DNA of 63,484 bases, counting the filler, from Octopus bimaculoides (taxonomy: Eukaryota): NCBI RefSeq assembly GCF_001194135.2. It is 6 parts of 5 records of this genome, joined end to end, with 100 filler letters (N's around TTAATTAATTAA, not from the genome) between each part and the next. Parts side by side here need not be neighbours in the genome. Positions count along the whole stretch, not along the records: positions 11,602 to 20,706 come from NC_068992.1; positions 20,807 to 34,384 come from NC_068991.1; 4 more parts are not named here. One strand, given 5' to 3'. The first letter of the stretch is position 1. Each line of letters opens with the position of its first letter. Positions 12,874-24,236 of this stretch are shown here, one piece after another. The translations under genes and the position numbers were made by a program. The notes below the pieces were generated by a model. It saw only the letters and a program-made list of their open reading frames with translations. It made no database searches and was not told where the DNA came from.

Positions 12874-13965
12874 TCCTCCTCCTCCCCCTCCTCCTTGTTT
12901 TTTGTTTTGTTCTTGTTATTTGTGGGTCGATGAAGTGTGAGAGAAATCTCAGTTTAGCTTTGAATTTCTATTTTTAGAAACTAAAGGATTTATATTTAAA
13001 GAATTCACATAATCAATGGAAGCATCCCGCCCCCCACCACTCTAATCCCTCTTCTCAGCAACCCTACGCCATTCTCCGCCATCTCTCCCCTCCTTGCTCT
13101 CCGCTTTATCTTTTCTGTTAGGTTAGAATTACACTTCTAAATTTGTAACTTGCAATGAACTTAGAGCGGCCAAGATAAAACGGATCTTGATTGTATTAAA
13201 GAATCTTCATCATCGCCGCCATCTTCGTCATCATCATCGTCATGAACGATGATGATGATGATGATCATCATCATCGTGGTTGTCATCGTCGTCGTTGGTC
13301 TCCTCCTCCTCCTCCACCTCCTCCTCTTCCACCAGCCTCCTCCTCATCATCTTCGTTGTAATCATAATCATTAGCAACGAAAATAACAATGGCGACACGA
13401 TAAAGAATTACAATAAAATAACAAATAATTTAATTAAGTAATTTAGTGCACATATTAACCGAAGGAACTCTATCAGCTGTTCCTGAGTAACCCCTAATTA
13501 ATGTTTGTAAGGTAAAAATCTTATAGCAGGAAACGATAGCAACAACAAAAATTATTATAGTAAAGTTTTCTGATTTAGGCTTAAATAGACGTAAGATTAA
13601 AAAACCTCAGCGTAGAGGGATTCGATAAAATGGACCCCAGTACCCGACTGGTACTTTAATCAACACTAATAAAAAACAAAACAAAACAAATTTGAAAGAA
13701 ATTGAAAAATTAAAGAAGTGATGCAAGGAATTTCATTTTGTTCCCCTATCATGTCTATCGATCTAGAAATTAATTGTGGGATTCGTGGGAATTTTCACGT
13801 AAAATAATGTTATTATACTGGGTGGGCCAAAAGCCACGCACAAAGCCATTTCAATATGCTTCAAAATTGTCAAAGACATACTTCAATTTTTATAAAATTG
13901 TATAAAATAAATAAAATACTGGTAAATACTCACGTACTTGCACAGGATGAAAAAAAAAATGAATA

Positions 13966-14585
<620 letters not shown>

Positions 14586-14595
14586 TAATAATAAC

Positions 14596-14666
<71 letters not shown>

Positions 14667-14668
<2 letters not shown>

Positions 14669-14737
14669 TAGTGAACCAGAAGGAGTCACCGAGAACAAGG
14701 AATATAAGATACTGTGGGATTTTACAATCCAGTGTGA
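14667..14737 (+). pseudogene. Short R4/Dong LINE fragment
   Basis: Translates EPEGVTENKEYKILWDFTIQCD, the conserved segment just before the RLE domain. Confidence 0.75.
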
Positions 14738-14807
14738 CTCCATAAAGTCGACCCCGGAGGCATAAAATCGGAAGAAGTACCGCTAAGAATTTTTCCAGGG
14801 GTGCTAA

Positions 14808-15003
14808 TAATGATTTCAGATTTTTGCCACAAGGGCACATGGGGTAAGGGGGTTAAGTGCGTAACTGATACTTATATAATCGACCCCGAAAGGATCAAAG
14901 GTAAAGTCGACCGCGGTGGAATTTGGACTCAGATCGCAACGACAGGCGAAATACCGCTAAGCATTTCCCCGGGCTCACTAACGATTCTGCCTGCTCGACT
15001 TAA
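14808..15003 (-). mobile_element. SINE family A
   Basis: Reverse complement of the family A head and central domain. Confidence 0.8.
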
Positions 15004-15339
15004 GGATACTAATAATAACGTAATATAAATAAAATATCAAATGTTTTGGTGCTTGACTTTTAGCCCACACTATTACTTTTGATGCATAAATTTATAGATG
15101 TTCACATTATGGTTCCATTATGTTAAATAATTCGATTATGCCTTCGATTTTATTCCACACATAAGATTGTTTTTAAGCGTAACTATCGAACACGTATCAT
15201 GTTTTGTTTCTTAAATTTTGGCACAAGGCCAGCAATGTTGAGGGGACGGTTTAATCTGCACCTTCGATCCCCTGTATTTACTTTATTTTATTTTATTTTA
15301 TCGACCCCGAAAGGTCACACATTTTCAATACATCATTAA

Positions 15340-15600
15340 CACAAACTTACAATGCACTACCGACACACAGAGCTCTTTTAACGGAATTATAAGCCCCCGG
15401 GCAAACCAATTGACAGAGGCTCCCTCTATACACAATAACAACATAAACAAATTAACATTGAGCACCTAGACCCCTAGAACCCACAGGAAACTGTTCAGTG
15501 CGCCTATGTCTGAAGACGATACTGTTAATACACATTTTCACAATATCACCAACATACGCAATAAACTCGGATATATATGAAACGCGGATATATTTCTGGT
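15340..15600 (+). mobile_element. Possible Penelope-like 3' end / pLTR remnant
   Basis: Decayed ELF.RNYKP resembles a GIY-YIG C-terminus; it is followed by CTGAAGA (about 15511) and GAAACGCG (about 15580). Confidence 0.3.
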
Positions 15601-15677
15601 AAGTTATATCATTGACTCTACCAGAAAATAATTAACCTTTGATAGGAATATGAATGTGGCGAATGTAAACTTAAACA

Positions 15678-15922
15678 GGCACTCCGTCGGAATTGACGAC
15701 GAGTGTTCCAGCTGATAAGATCAACGGAACAGCCTGTTTGTGAAATTAGCGTGCAAATGGCTGAGCACGCAACAGATACGTGTACCTTTTAACCTAGTTC
15801 CCAGGGAGATTCACCGCGTCACAGGATGCAACAAGACTGGCCCTTTGAATTACTGGGGCAATTCATTTTTGTCAGCTGAGTGGACTGGAGCAATGTGAAA
15901 TAAAGTGTCTTGCTCAAGGACA
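15678..15922 (-). mobile_element. Mosaic SINE: family D 3' half joined to the post-head segment of the 47870-48118 family
   Basis: 15678-15850 matches the family D tail; 15865-15922 (cagctgagtggactggagcaa..cttgctcaagga) matches 47985-48030. Confidence 0.72.
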
Positions 15923-17476
15923 AATGTAAGCAACTTAATTAATTAGTGAAGTAACTTTAGTTCGATACCGTTTCGACATTCACATTGTCGTCGTGGAACA
16001 TGATAGAATGAAAGGAATTTTAATTAACCGTAACACCAAATGTTAATGATGATATTTCACCTGTAAAAAATTAGATTAATTCTACAATATTTTGGTTTAC
16101 CTTTATTTTTAGTTTACTATTTCAGTATTGGTTCATTATTATAATCAATTTATTCTATTATTTCTCTTGTTACTAACTTTTGTTTTTCATATTCAAAGAA
16201 ACTTTTTAGTGATGTAAAACATTAGATTCTATTTCAATTACAATTGGTTAAAAATGTTGCTGTGTTTGTATTTATTCATTAATTCTTTGTCATATTTGGA
16301 AGTAATAGCTTTCTCCTTTATTTTTGTTTGTAATAAATGTTTAGTCTTCCGGTCATTTGTAAAGAAACAAGTTGGATTTGGAACCAATATGTCTATGAAA
16401 TACAGACTTTGTATACAATAAAAATACCCTCAAACTATGTTTGTCCCACTACAAAGCTCCTCCTACTACACCTCTCTCTACAACAACAAAAATACAACAT
16501 TTTTAGCACCGCCAATAATAAAGTGAGATCAAACAATGGAACCTATGCGTGTCTAGTCGACCTGCTAGAAATGACAACAAAATCTCCTTGAAATAATACC
16601 CCACCGTCTGAAAAAAATAGTGAAGTTCAGCACGTTTGATAACGAGGCCTTGTATACACTAGGTCTGAAGAAAAAAAGCAGGATGGTTACGATTGGAATG
16701 TGTTATTTATTATATGTCTAGTTCAGTGGTTCCCAACCAGTAAAGGGCGACTCCCTAATGTAATAGTGTTTCCAAATCACACCATTCCATTATCAAGCTC
16801 TCTTTGTTCAGAGCTTAGGATCTTGAAAGGCCTGTCGACTCAATATATTTTTTTCTCAGTTCACGGACACCCAGGACTTTTCATGAGAGTCTCAGTGTCA
16901 ACAGACCTTAGGGAGGGAACCACAAACCTAGGTACTGTGAAGTTTTTAAATTTAAATACTACGATTGACTGAAGATTTGTCTTAAGCACAAGGCGATAAG
17001 GTGACAGGGTCGCAGAAACGTTGGATATTACTGGTTTAGATGATCAAGGATGACCGGAACAACAACAACAACAACTTAAGCGGGTTTTAGTGACGTGGTC
17101 TAAAAGTAATAACTCAACTAGATCTTAAGTAGGAGACCTAATGTTCTTAAGGATAAGCTTACGTCGAAACACTAGCACCCTGGTAAAGCAGTGCATCCCA
17201 GATTATTTGAAGATGAGGTTAGTGACTGTCAATCACTCTTGAACGTTAGTTGAGAACATAGGATAACAACAGTCAGCATTAGTTTGTCTTACTAGCTGCC
17301 GAGGTGCCACCAACTTATTCAGTTGCTTCGTGTAATTTTCTTTCTTACGCTTCTAATGTGATAAACGCCATTTTTTATCAATAAAAATGATTTCATTCAT
17401 CGTAATATTGACGTCCACATCAACCAGAACAAGAGAGACAGTATTTGAGCAAACGAGGGAAACTGTATGTGGTCAC

Positions 17477-18298
17477 TTGACGGGCAACATTTGTTTTCTT
17501 AACGAAACACTTTCAAACTTGGGATACTGGTAGAATGTGTCATATAAAACATCTTTTTCTCTTAGCCTTCTTAACAAAAGTTAGTTCTTAATAAGTTATT
17601 TCATGTTAAGTTGTCGTATTTCTGTAATTTCAACCAATCACTGACGTCTATTCAGCTGAATACAGTTACTGCTCTTTTTATAAACAATAAATTTTTACCG
17701 GTGTCAAGAGTGTTATTCCCTGTTTAATTACATCATTATTCCTTAGTAAAGGTTTAGGGTTTTAGGGTTAGGGTTAGGGTTTTAGGGTTAGGATTTTAGG
17801 GTTAGGGTTTTAGGGTTAGGGTTTTAGGGTTAGGGTTTTAGGGTTAGGGTTAGGGTTGGGGTTAGGGTTAGGGTTGGGGTTAGNNNNNNNNNNNNNNNNN
17901 NNNNNNNNNNNNNNNNNNNNNNNNNNNNNNACCCTAACCCTAACCCCAACCCTAACCCTAAAACCCTAAAGCTAAAACCAGTACAAACGCACGAACGATG
18001 TCATAAATAAGAGTAACATGGGTAGTTGTTGTTGACAAACAACGGGACTAATTTTATTCAAGGAAAAAGATCCCGTAACACCGTTGTTTACATTCGACGC
18101 CATTAATTGTTTTCACCTCAATAGACGTCAGTGATTGGTTGAAATTACCGAAATACGACAACTTTTTACATGAAATAAATTCGAATACAAATTTTTTTAT
18201 CTGTTCTATAATACAAAATATACAAGTATACGAAGTTTGAAAGTGTTTCGGTACCAAAAACACTACATAAAACATTAATGAAAAATGTTGCCCGTCAA
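17477..18298. mobile_element. Palindromic MITE-like element with central telomeric repeats
   Basis: Inverted matches: TTGACGGGCAACAT / ATGTTGCCCGTCAA at the ends, AAACACTTTCAAACTT / AAGTTTGAAAGTGTTT, and about 56 bp at 17597-17652 versus 18120-18177. Confidence 0.75.
17751..17979. repeat. Interstitial telomere-like arrays: (TTAGGG/TTTTAGGG)n, a 47-N gap, then (CCCTAA/CCCTAAAA)n
   Basis: Direct reading; G-strand on + at 17751-17883 and C-strand on + at 17931-17979. Confidence 0.95.
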
Positions 18299-18359
18299 AC
18301 CATAAAGATCCGAAATAGTAGTTGAATTTTCTTCCAAATCACTCTCACTGTCGTAGTGG

Positions 18360-18690
18360 AAAAAGGAGTGACACATTGAAATAATGCAGTCGTTGATACA
18401 CTATGCTTGAAAACAAGAGAAGATGGTCACGACTGGAATGAGCTTGGTCATAGATTTGCTCTTTCAGGGCTAACCAGGTGTTAAACAATAACCCTGTATG
18501 TAATAGCTCGACCTGCTAGAAATAGAAGCTAGATACCGTCCAAACACAACACTACTGTCTTAAGACGAGAATGGACACGACAATAAAACAATGTAGTTAC
18601 AGATAAGCCTTTTGATACGGGATGGCCACAGCAGATGGAATGCCTTTGGTCATGGGTCTGCTCAATGAGGGTTACATGACAATAATTATA
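18360..18690 (+). mobile_element. Two adjacent fragments of repeat family E (..ctcgacctgctagaaatag..ggaatgcctttg.tcatagg..)
   Basis: The same motifs recur at about 16555-16720, 21950-22020, 25085-25230, 49900-50110 and 57500-57530. Confidence 0.6.
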
Positions 18691-19131
18691 AAATCATCAT
18701 CATCATCATCATTATCGTCGTCGTTGTAATCATCACGTGTTGTCTTTTTTATTGTTCATTTCAAATATCTATGTATATACCTATGTCTATATGTATGTGT
18801 ATATATATATATATATGTTTCAAAAATGGAGACAAACACCCTTCCTCCTTCTTCAGTTGTTCGGTGTTGAATGCTACCCTAATATTTCGTCCATCTTTAT
18901 GTTCAGAGTTCAAATTCCGCCGCAGATGACTTTGCCTTTGAACCAGTTTTCAACAGGTTCTTATTTCATCGACCCCTGAAAAGGAGCCGATGAAACAAGA
19001 ACCTGCTGAGCACTGGGGGTCAATGTAATCGACCAGCCCTCTCCCAACAAAAATTTCAGGGTTTGTATCTTTAATAGGAAGGATTATTTATAGCTTTAGC
19101 TACTTCAAATGCCATCATTAAGAAAAAAGAT

Positions 19132-19189
<58 letters not shown>

Positions 19190-20029
19190 NNNNNNNNNNN
19201 NNNNNNNNNNNNNNNNNNNNNNNNNNNNNNNNNNNNNNNNNNNNNNNNNNNNNNNNNNNNNNNNNNNNNNNNNNNNNNNNNNNNNNNNNNNNNNNNNNNN
19301 NNNNNNNNNNNNNNNNNNNNNNNNNNNNNNNNNNNNNNNNNNNNNNNNNNNNNNNNNNNNNNNNNNNNNNNNNNNNNNNNNNNNNNNNNNNNNNNNNNNN
19401 NNNNNNNNNNNNNNNNNNNNNNNNNNNNNNNNNNNNNNNNNNNNNNNNNNNNNNNNNNNNNNNNNNNNNNNNNNNNNNNNNNNNNNNNNNNNNNNNNNNN
19501 NNNNNNNNNNNNNNNNNNNNNNNNNNNNNNNNNNNNNNNNNNNNNNNNNNNNNNNNNNNNNNNNNNNNNNNNNNNNNNNNNNNNNNNNNNNNNNNNNNNN
19601 NNNNNNNNNNNNNNNNNNNNNNNNNNNNNNNNNNNNNNNNNNNNNNNNNNNNNNNNNNNNNNNNNNNNNNNNNNNNNNNNNNNNNNNNNNNNNNNNNNNN
19701 NNNNNNNNNNNNNNNNNNNNNNNNNNNNNNNNNNNNNNNNNNNNNNNNNNNNNNNNNNNNNNNNNNNNNNNNNNNNNNNNNNNNNNNNNNNNNNNNNNNN
19801 NNNNNNNNNNNNNNNNNNNNNNNNNNNNNNNNNNNNNNNNNNNNNNNNNNNNNNNNNNNNNNNNNNNNNNNNNNNNNNNNNNNNNNNNNNNNNNNNNNNN
19901 NNNNNNNNNNNNNNNNNNNNNNNNNNNNNNNNNNNNNNNNNNNNNNNNNNNNNNNNNNNNNNNNNNNNNNNNNNNNNNATTTCGCCCCCGACTATTACTT
20001 AAATTTCGTAGTAGTTAATAATAATAAAA

Positions 20030-20079
<50 letters not shown>

Positions 20080-20502
20080 AAAGAAACAGTGGGAAAATTC
20101 AAAGGGAAAAGGAAGAACAACAAAACAAACAAATGGAAAAAAAGGAGCTACATGGACAATTCATGTAAATAAAACCGAGAATGTTGGAAGTAAAGCTCAC
20201 TGGCTCTGGTTGACGGACGGGAACTTAGAACGAAAGATTGAAACGCTAATTATAGCCCCTCAGGAGCAAACCCTTAGAACAAATGTGATAAAGGCAAAAA
20301 TAAACAAAACTCAGTCAGACAGTAAATGAAGAATCTACAGGAAAAGAGACGAAAGTATGAATCAACTTTTGAGTGAATGCAGTATACTAGTACAAAAAGA
20401 GTATATGCACAGACATGAATGTGTAGGTAAAAGAGTGCATTGAGATGTTCACCGATTGTGTAGCTTCAAAACAACAGAGAAGTGGTATGAGCACGAACTA
20501 GA
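20080..20502 (+). pseudogene. R4/Dong LINE fragment (post-RT and zinc-knuckle region), decayed
   Basis: WKKKELHGQF..WLWLTDGNL..IETLIIAPQEQTLRTNVIKAKI..SECSILVQKEYMHRH..EKWYEHE; begins right after (ACT)n at 20030-20079. Confidence 0.88.
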
Positions 20503-20706
20503 TAGAGGCTGTTTTAATAATCAGTTGATCTAGCAAGCGGGGCCTCATATCAGTGAGGGGGGCCGGTGCGCATTGATGCCGTCGAGAGGTAGGCCCCGAA
20601 ACGGCGCGCATTCTCTCCTGATGACCCCATACACTTGCTGGCTTCCGGTATGCGGAGTTCTTGACTGGTAGCACTTGCATGTGCAAGTTGTTTGCAAGAC
20701 ACAGAG

Positions 20707-20806
20707 NNNNNNNNNNNNNNNNNNNNNNNNNNNNNNNNNNNNNNNNNNNNTTAATTAATTAANNNNNNNNNNNNNNNNNNNNNNNNNNNNNNNNNNNNNN
20801 NNNNNN
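20707..20806. other. Artificial concatenation linker
   Basis: N44-TTAATTAATTAA-N44. Confidence 0.97.
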
Positions 20807-21118
20807 CCTCGGGCCGACCAAAGCTTTGTGAGTGGATTTGGTAGACGGAAACTGAAAGAAGCCTGTCGTATATATGTATATATATATGTATGTGTGTATG
20901 TGTTTGTATGTCTGTGTTTGTCCCCCCAACATCGCTTGACAACCGATGCTAGTGCGTTTATGTCCCCGTAACTTAGCGGTTCGGCAAAAGAGACCGATAG
21001 AATAAGTACTAGGCTTCCAAAGAATAAGTTCTGGGGTCGATTTGCTCGACTGAAGGCGGTGCTCCAGCATGGCCACAGTCAAAAGACTGAAACAAGTAAA
21101 AGAGTAGAAGAGTAAAAT
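20807..21118 (+). mobile_element. SINE family B, 5' end cut by the linker
   Basis: cctcgggccgaccaaagc..gtagacggaaactgaaagaagc..cgaccgatagaataagtactag..gaaacaagtaaaagag. Confidence 0.88.
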
Positions 21119-21174
21119 AGATATATATATGTTGCACGTATATATATGTTTATATATATATGTGTGTGTGTTTA

Positions 21175-21219
<45 letters not shown>

Positions 21220-22027
21220 TCACATATATACATATATACACACACACATAATAATTTCCAATGTGTATGTTTATATTCTGTATGATGCAGTGGGGGGGCA
21301 ATCAAACAAAATGTGAAAATGGCAGCAAAATTAAAATGACAGTACGTCTATTGCTCTCATTCCCTCCCCTTTTGCACCCTATCTTTCTCCCTTTCTCGGA
21401 TTGTATATATATATACATATATATGTGTGTGTGTGTGTGTGTATAAAACGCTTGTGTATTTGTATATGTGCATATCTATACGTATATATATGTATGTATA
21501 TAGGTATATATAAATGTGTGTGCACGCGCGTGTATATACGTGTGTGTATGTATGGGTGCGTGTATTTCTCTATGCAATATATATCCACTCCAGCTGCCAA
21601 GTCATATTTGACATCGGTTTAAACCAACTCTGCCCCCGATAATTTATTTTGTTGCAGTGAAAGCAGCTCTATCTTGTTTACTGAAATACATTTGCTTGTT
21701 CTGCTTTCGGCTTATCCAAATCATGAGCTCTACATTCTGAAGAGATTAGGGAGAGATAATATATATCTCAACCAGCATTTATATCAGGCTAGAAAACCGA
21801 GCTATGTGTGAGCACTTTCTTATAACATTTCTGTTGGGTTTCTTATGAAATTAACACAGTCTATCGTCACTTATGCTTGTAAAAGAAAAGAAAAAAAGAA
21901 AGAATTTAATGATTTATTTAACAAATTGTATATAACTTAGAGTGGGAAGAGCTTCGTTGTTGCTTCATCTGCTAGAAATAGTTGCTTAATCTTCCTCAAG
22001 TCTTTCAAAAGTGGTTATTTTACAATA

Positions 22028-22408
22028 TTGTTGCTGTTGGCACTCCGTCGCTTACGACGTCGAGGGTTCCAGTTGATCCGATCAACGGAACAGCCTGCTC
22101 GTAAAATTAACGTGCAAGTGGCTGAGCACTCCACAGAAACGTGTACCCTTAACGTAGTTCTCGGGGATATTCAGCGTGACACAGTGTGACAAGGCTGACC
22201 CTTTGAATTACAAGCACAACAGGAAGTAAGAGTGAGAGAGAGTTGTGGTGGAAGAGTACAGCAGGGTTCGTCACCATCCCCTGCCGGAGCCTCGTGGAGC
22301 TTTAGGTGTTTTCGCTCAATAAACACTCACAACGCCTGGTCTGGGAATCGAAACCGCGATCCTATGATCGCGAGTCCGCTGCCCTAACCACTGGGCCATT
22401 GCGCCTCC
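22028..22408 (-). mobile_element. tRNA-derived SINE family D, full length
   Basis: A box TGGCCCAGTGG, B box GGTTTCGATTCCC, CAA-type tail, imperfect TSD attttacaata / attttccaata. Confidence 0.9.
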
Positions 22409-22992
22409 ACATTTTCCAATAACACCTTAAACAAAGGCTTCTGACCATAGTTTTGGTCCATTACCGCTGATCTGGAGCGAAACAATAACAACAAAAACAA
22501 CGGTATTAAAATCAATAGATGTTACATTCTCAGAGCTATCAGAGAAATTAATTTTGGTATTTAATTACAACCCTTTATGTTCTGAGTTCTAAGCGCGGCA
22601 AGGTCGGTTTTCATTCTTCTGAGGTCGATTAAAAGAAGTGCAAGTATTTCTATAAAACATCCTGGATGTGAATGCAATTTTAGTCTGCGACAGCTTTTGC
22701 TTTTAGCTAAAGCGTAGATTCAAGAGTGGATCAGTTTGACGACAAGGAACCCAACTAATGGAGAAAAAATTCATTAGGTTCCATTTGTGCCTCGTTATAT
22801 TCAAAGTCATTAACTGACTCATTACCTTATTAGACCCATTAACTGTCACAGAAGTAATCACAGGGTTATGTAAAAATAATGCGTGATGAAGATCTCTTCA
22901 TTGAACTGTAATCATACAAAGTTAGGATAGATGATGGCATGGGAACCATGCCATATAGATTTATTTATACGTTTATACGGCATCGCACAGAG

Positions 22993-23358
22993 CAGTGGTT
23001 TTCAGCCGTTCTTTACCTGTCGACTCTTTTGATTACTATTTTAATCTGGTGGACCCCCCATAGCCATTCGATACTTCTTTCGAAATTCCTGTTTTGTTTT
23101 TCACATATTCACTTTAGTAGGTTTGCAATAACAGTCACTGAGAGAACATATTTTAGTGGCCAGAAACGTTAAACTAGGTAAAACGTTAGAGAAAGAAGCG
23201 TGGCTGTTTCTTGCAATAGATACATCTAAAGCAATTTTTTTTTTCATGAATCCTTAAAATACTACTGCAGGTCCCCAATTTATTATTTTGCTTGCGTGGA
23301 CTCCCTTCCTTCAGAATCTTATATGGACCACCAGGTGTCACGTAGTCGATAAACACTG
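22993..23358. mobile_element. hAT-type MITE
   Basis: Termini CAGTGGTTTTCA.. and ..GATAAACACTG; flanking 8-mers gcacagag / gcataaag match at 6 of 8 positions, consistent with an 8-bp hAT TSD. Confidence 0.6.
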
Positions 23359-23423
23359 GCATAAAGCATAATTAAAGAAACAGTTCGCTACAAGGAAGTA
23401 TATTTATTGTAGAGAACAATATT

Positions 23424-23636
23424 CTTTTCTACTCTAGGCACAAGGCCAGAAATTTTGGGGCAGGGGGCCAGGCGATTAGATTGATCCCAGTACGCAACTG
23501 GTACTTAATTTATCGACTCCGAAAGGATGAAAGGCAAAGTCGACCTCGGCGGAATTTGAACTCAGAACGTAACGACAGACGAAATACCGCTAAGCATTTC
23601 GCCCGGCGTGCTAACGTTTCTGCCAGCTCGCTGCCT
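23424..23636 (-). mobile_element. SINE family A, full length, with a perfect 17-bp TSD
   Basis: TTGTAGAGAACAATATT at 23407-23423 and at 23637-23653. Confidence 0.93.
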
Positions 23637-24170
23637 TTGTAGAGAACAATATTGCGTAAGTGACTGCTACTAATGATGCATCAGTGAAGTACGATGGACA
23701 GAACACGTAGAAGCCCGTCGGATATGTGTGTGTGTGTGTGTGTGGTGGGGTATGTCTGTGTGTCTATGTGGCGGTGCATGTGGTAGCCGAACAAAATTCG
23801 ATGGGTTGAAGATACCTTTGGCATTGACTTCTCAGTTTCCACATAATGGATAAATGCCTTTCGAGGCAATATCTCAGCTTGGCCACATTCAAAAGCCTGA
23901 AACAGTAAAAGAAGAAACGAATTGGTATTCACATCGATGCGACTGTTCCTCAAACATTTCGAAGAATGTCTTAGTTATGGTTCCATGAAAAGAGAGCCCG
24001 AGCCGTTTCTTGAATTGGTTGTGGACAGTTGTCATGTGGCTTACCAAATATATTTAGGGCTATATAACCTTAATATTATATAAGCTTAATATCATGAAAT
24101 TGTTGAAAGTCTAAATATATTTTAAACATGTTGATATGTTATAAACATTAAATATGATTTCAGATATGTG

Positions 24171-24171
<1 letters not shown>

Positions 24172-24233
<62 letters not shown>
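24172..24233. repeat. (TG)n microsatellite
   Basis: Direct reading. Confidence 0.95.

Positions 24234-24236
<3 letters not shown>

Noticed and set aside
17751-17979. Ancestral chromosome end-to-end fusion site
   Set aside because: The flanks form an inverted repeat of MITE size and the arrays are short. A palindromic element is simpler, although the gap prevents full exclusion.
20530-20640. HDV-like ribozyme on the minus strand
   Set aside because: P1- and P2-like crossing helices exist, but only 8-9 nt lie where P3-L3-P3 is needed and the UYCNCGY loop is absent.
22330-22408. Functional tRNA genes at SINE heads (also 5650-5724, 6635-6710, 48040-48118)
   Set aside because: A and B boxes are present, but I could not build an intact cloverleaf, and each head continues into a shared SINE body and tail.
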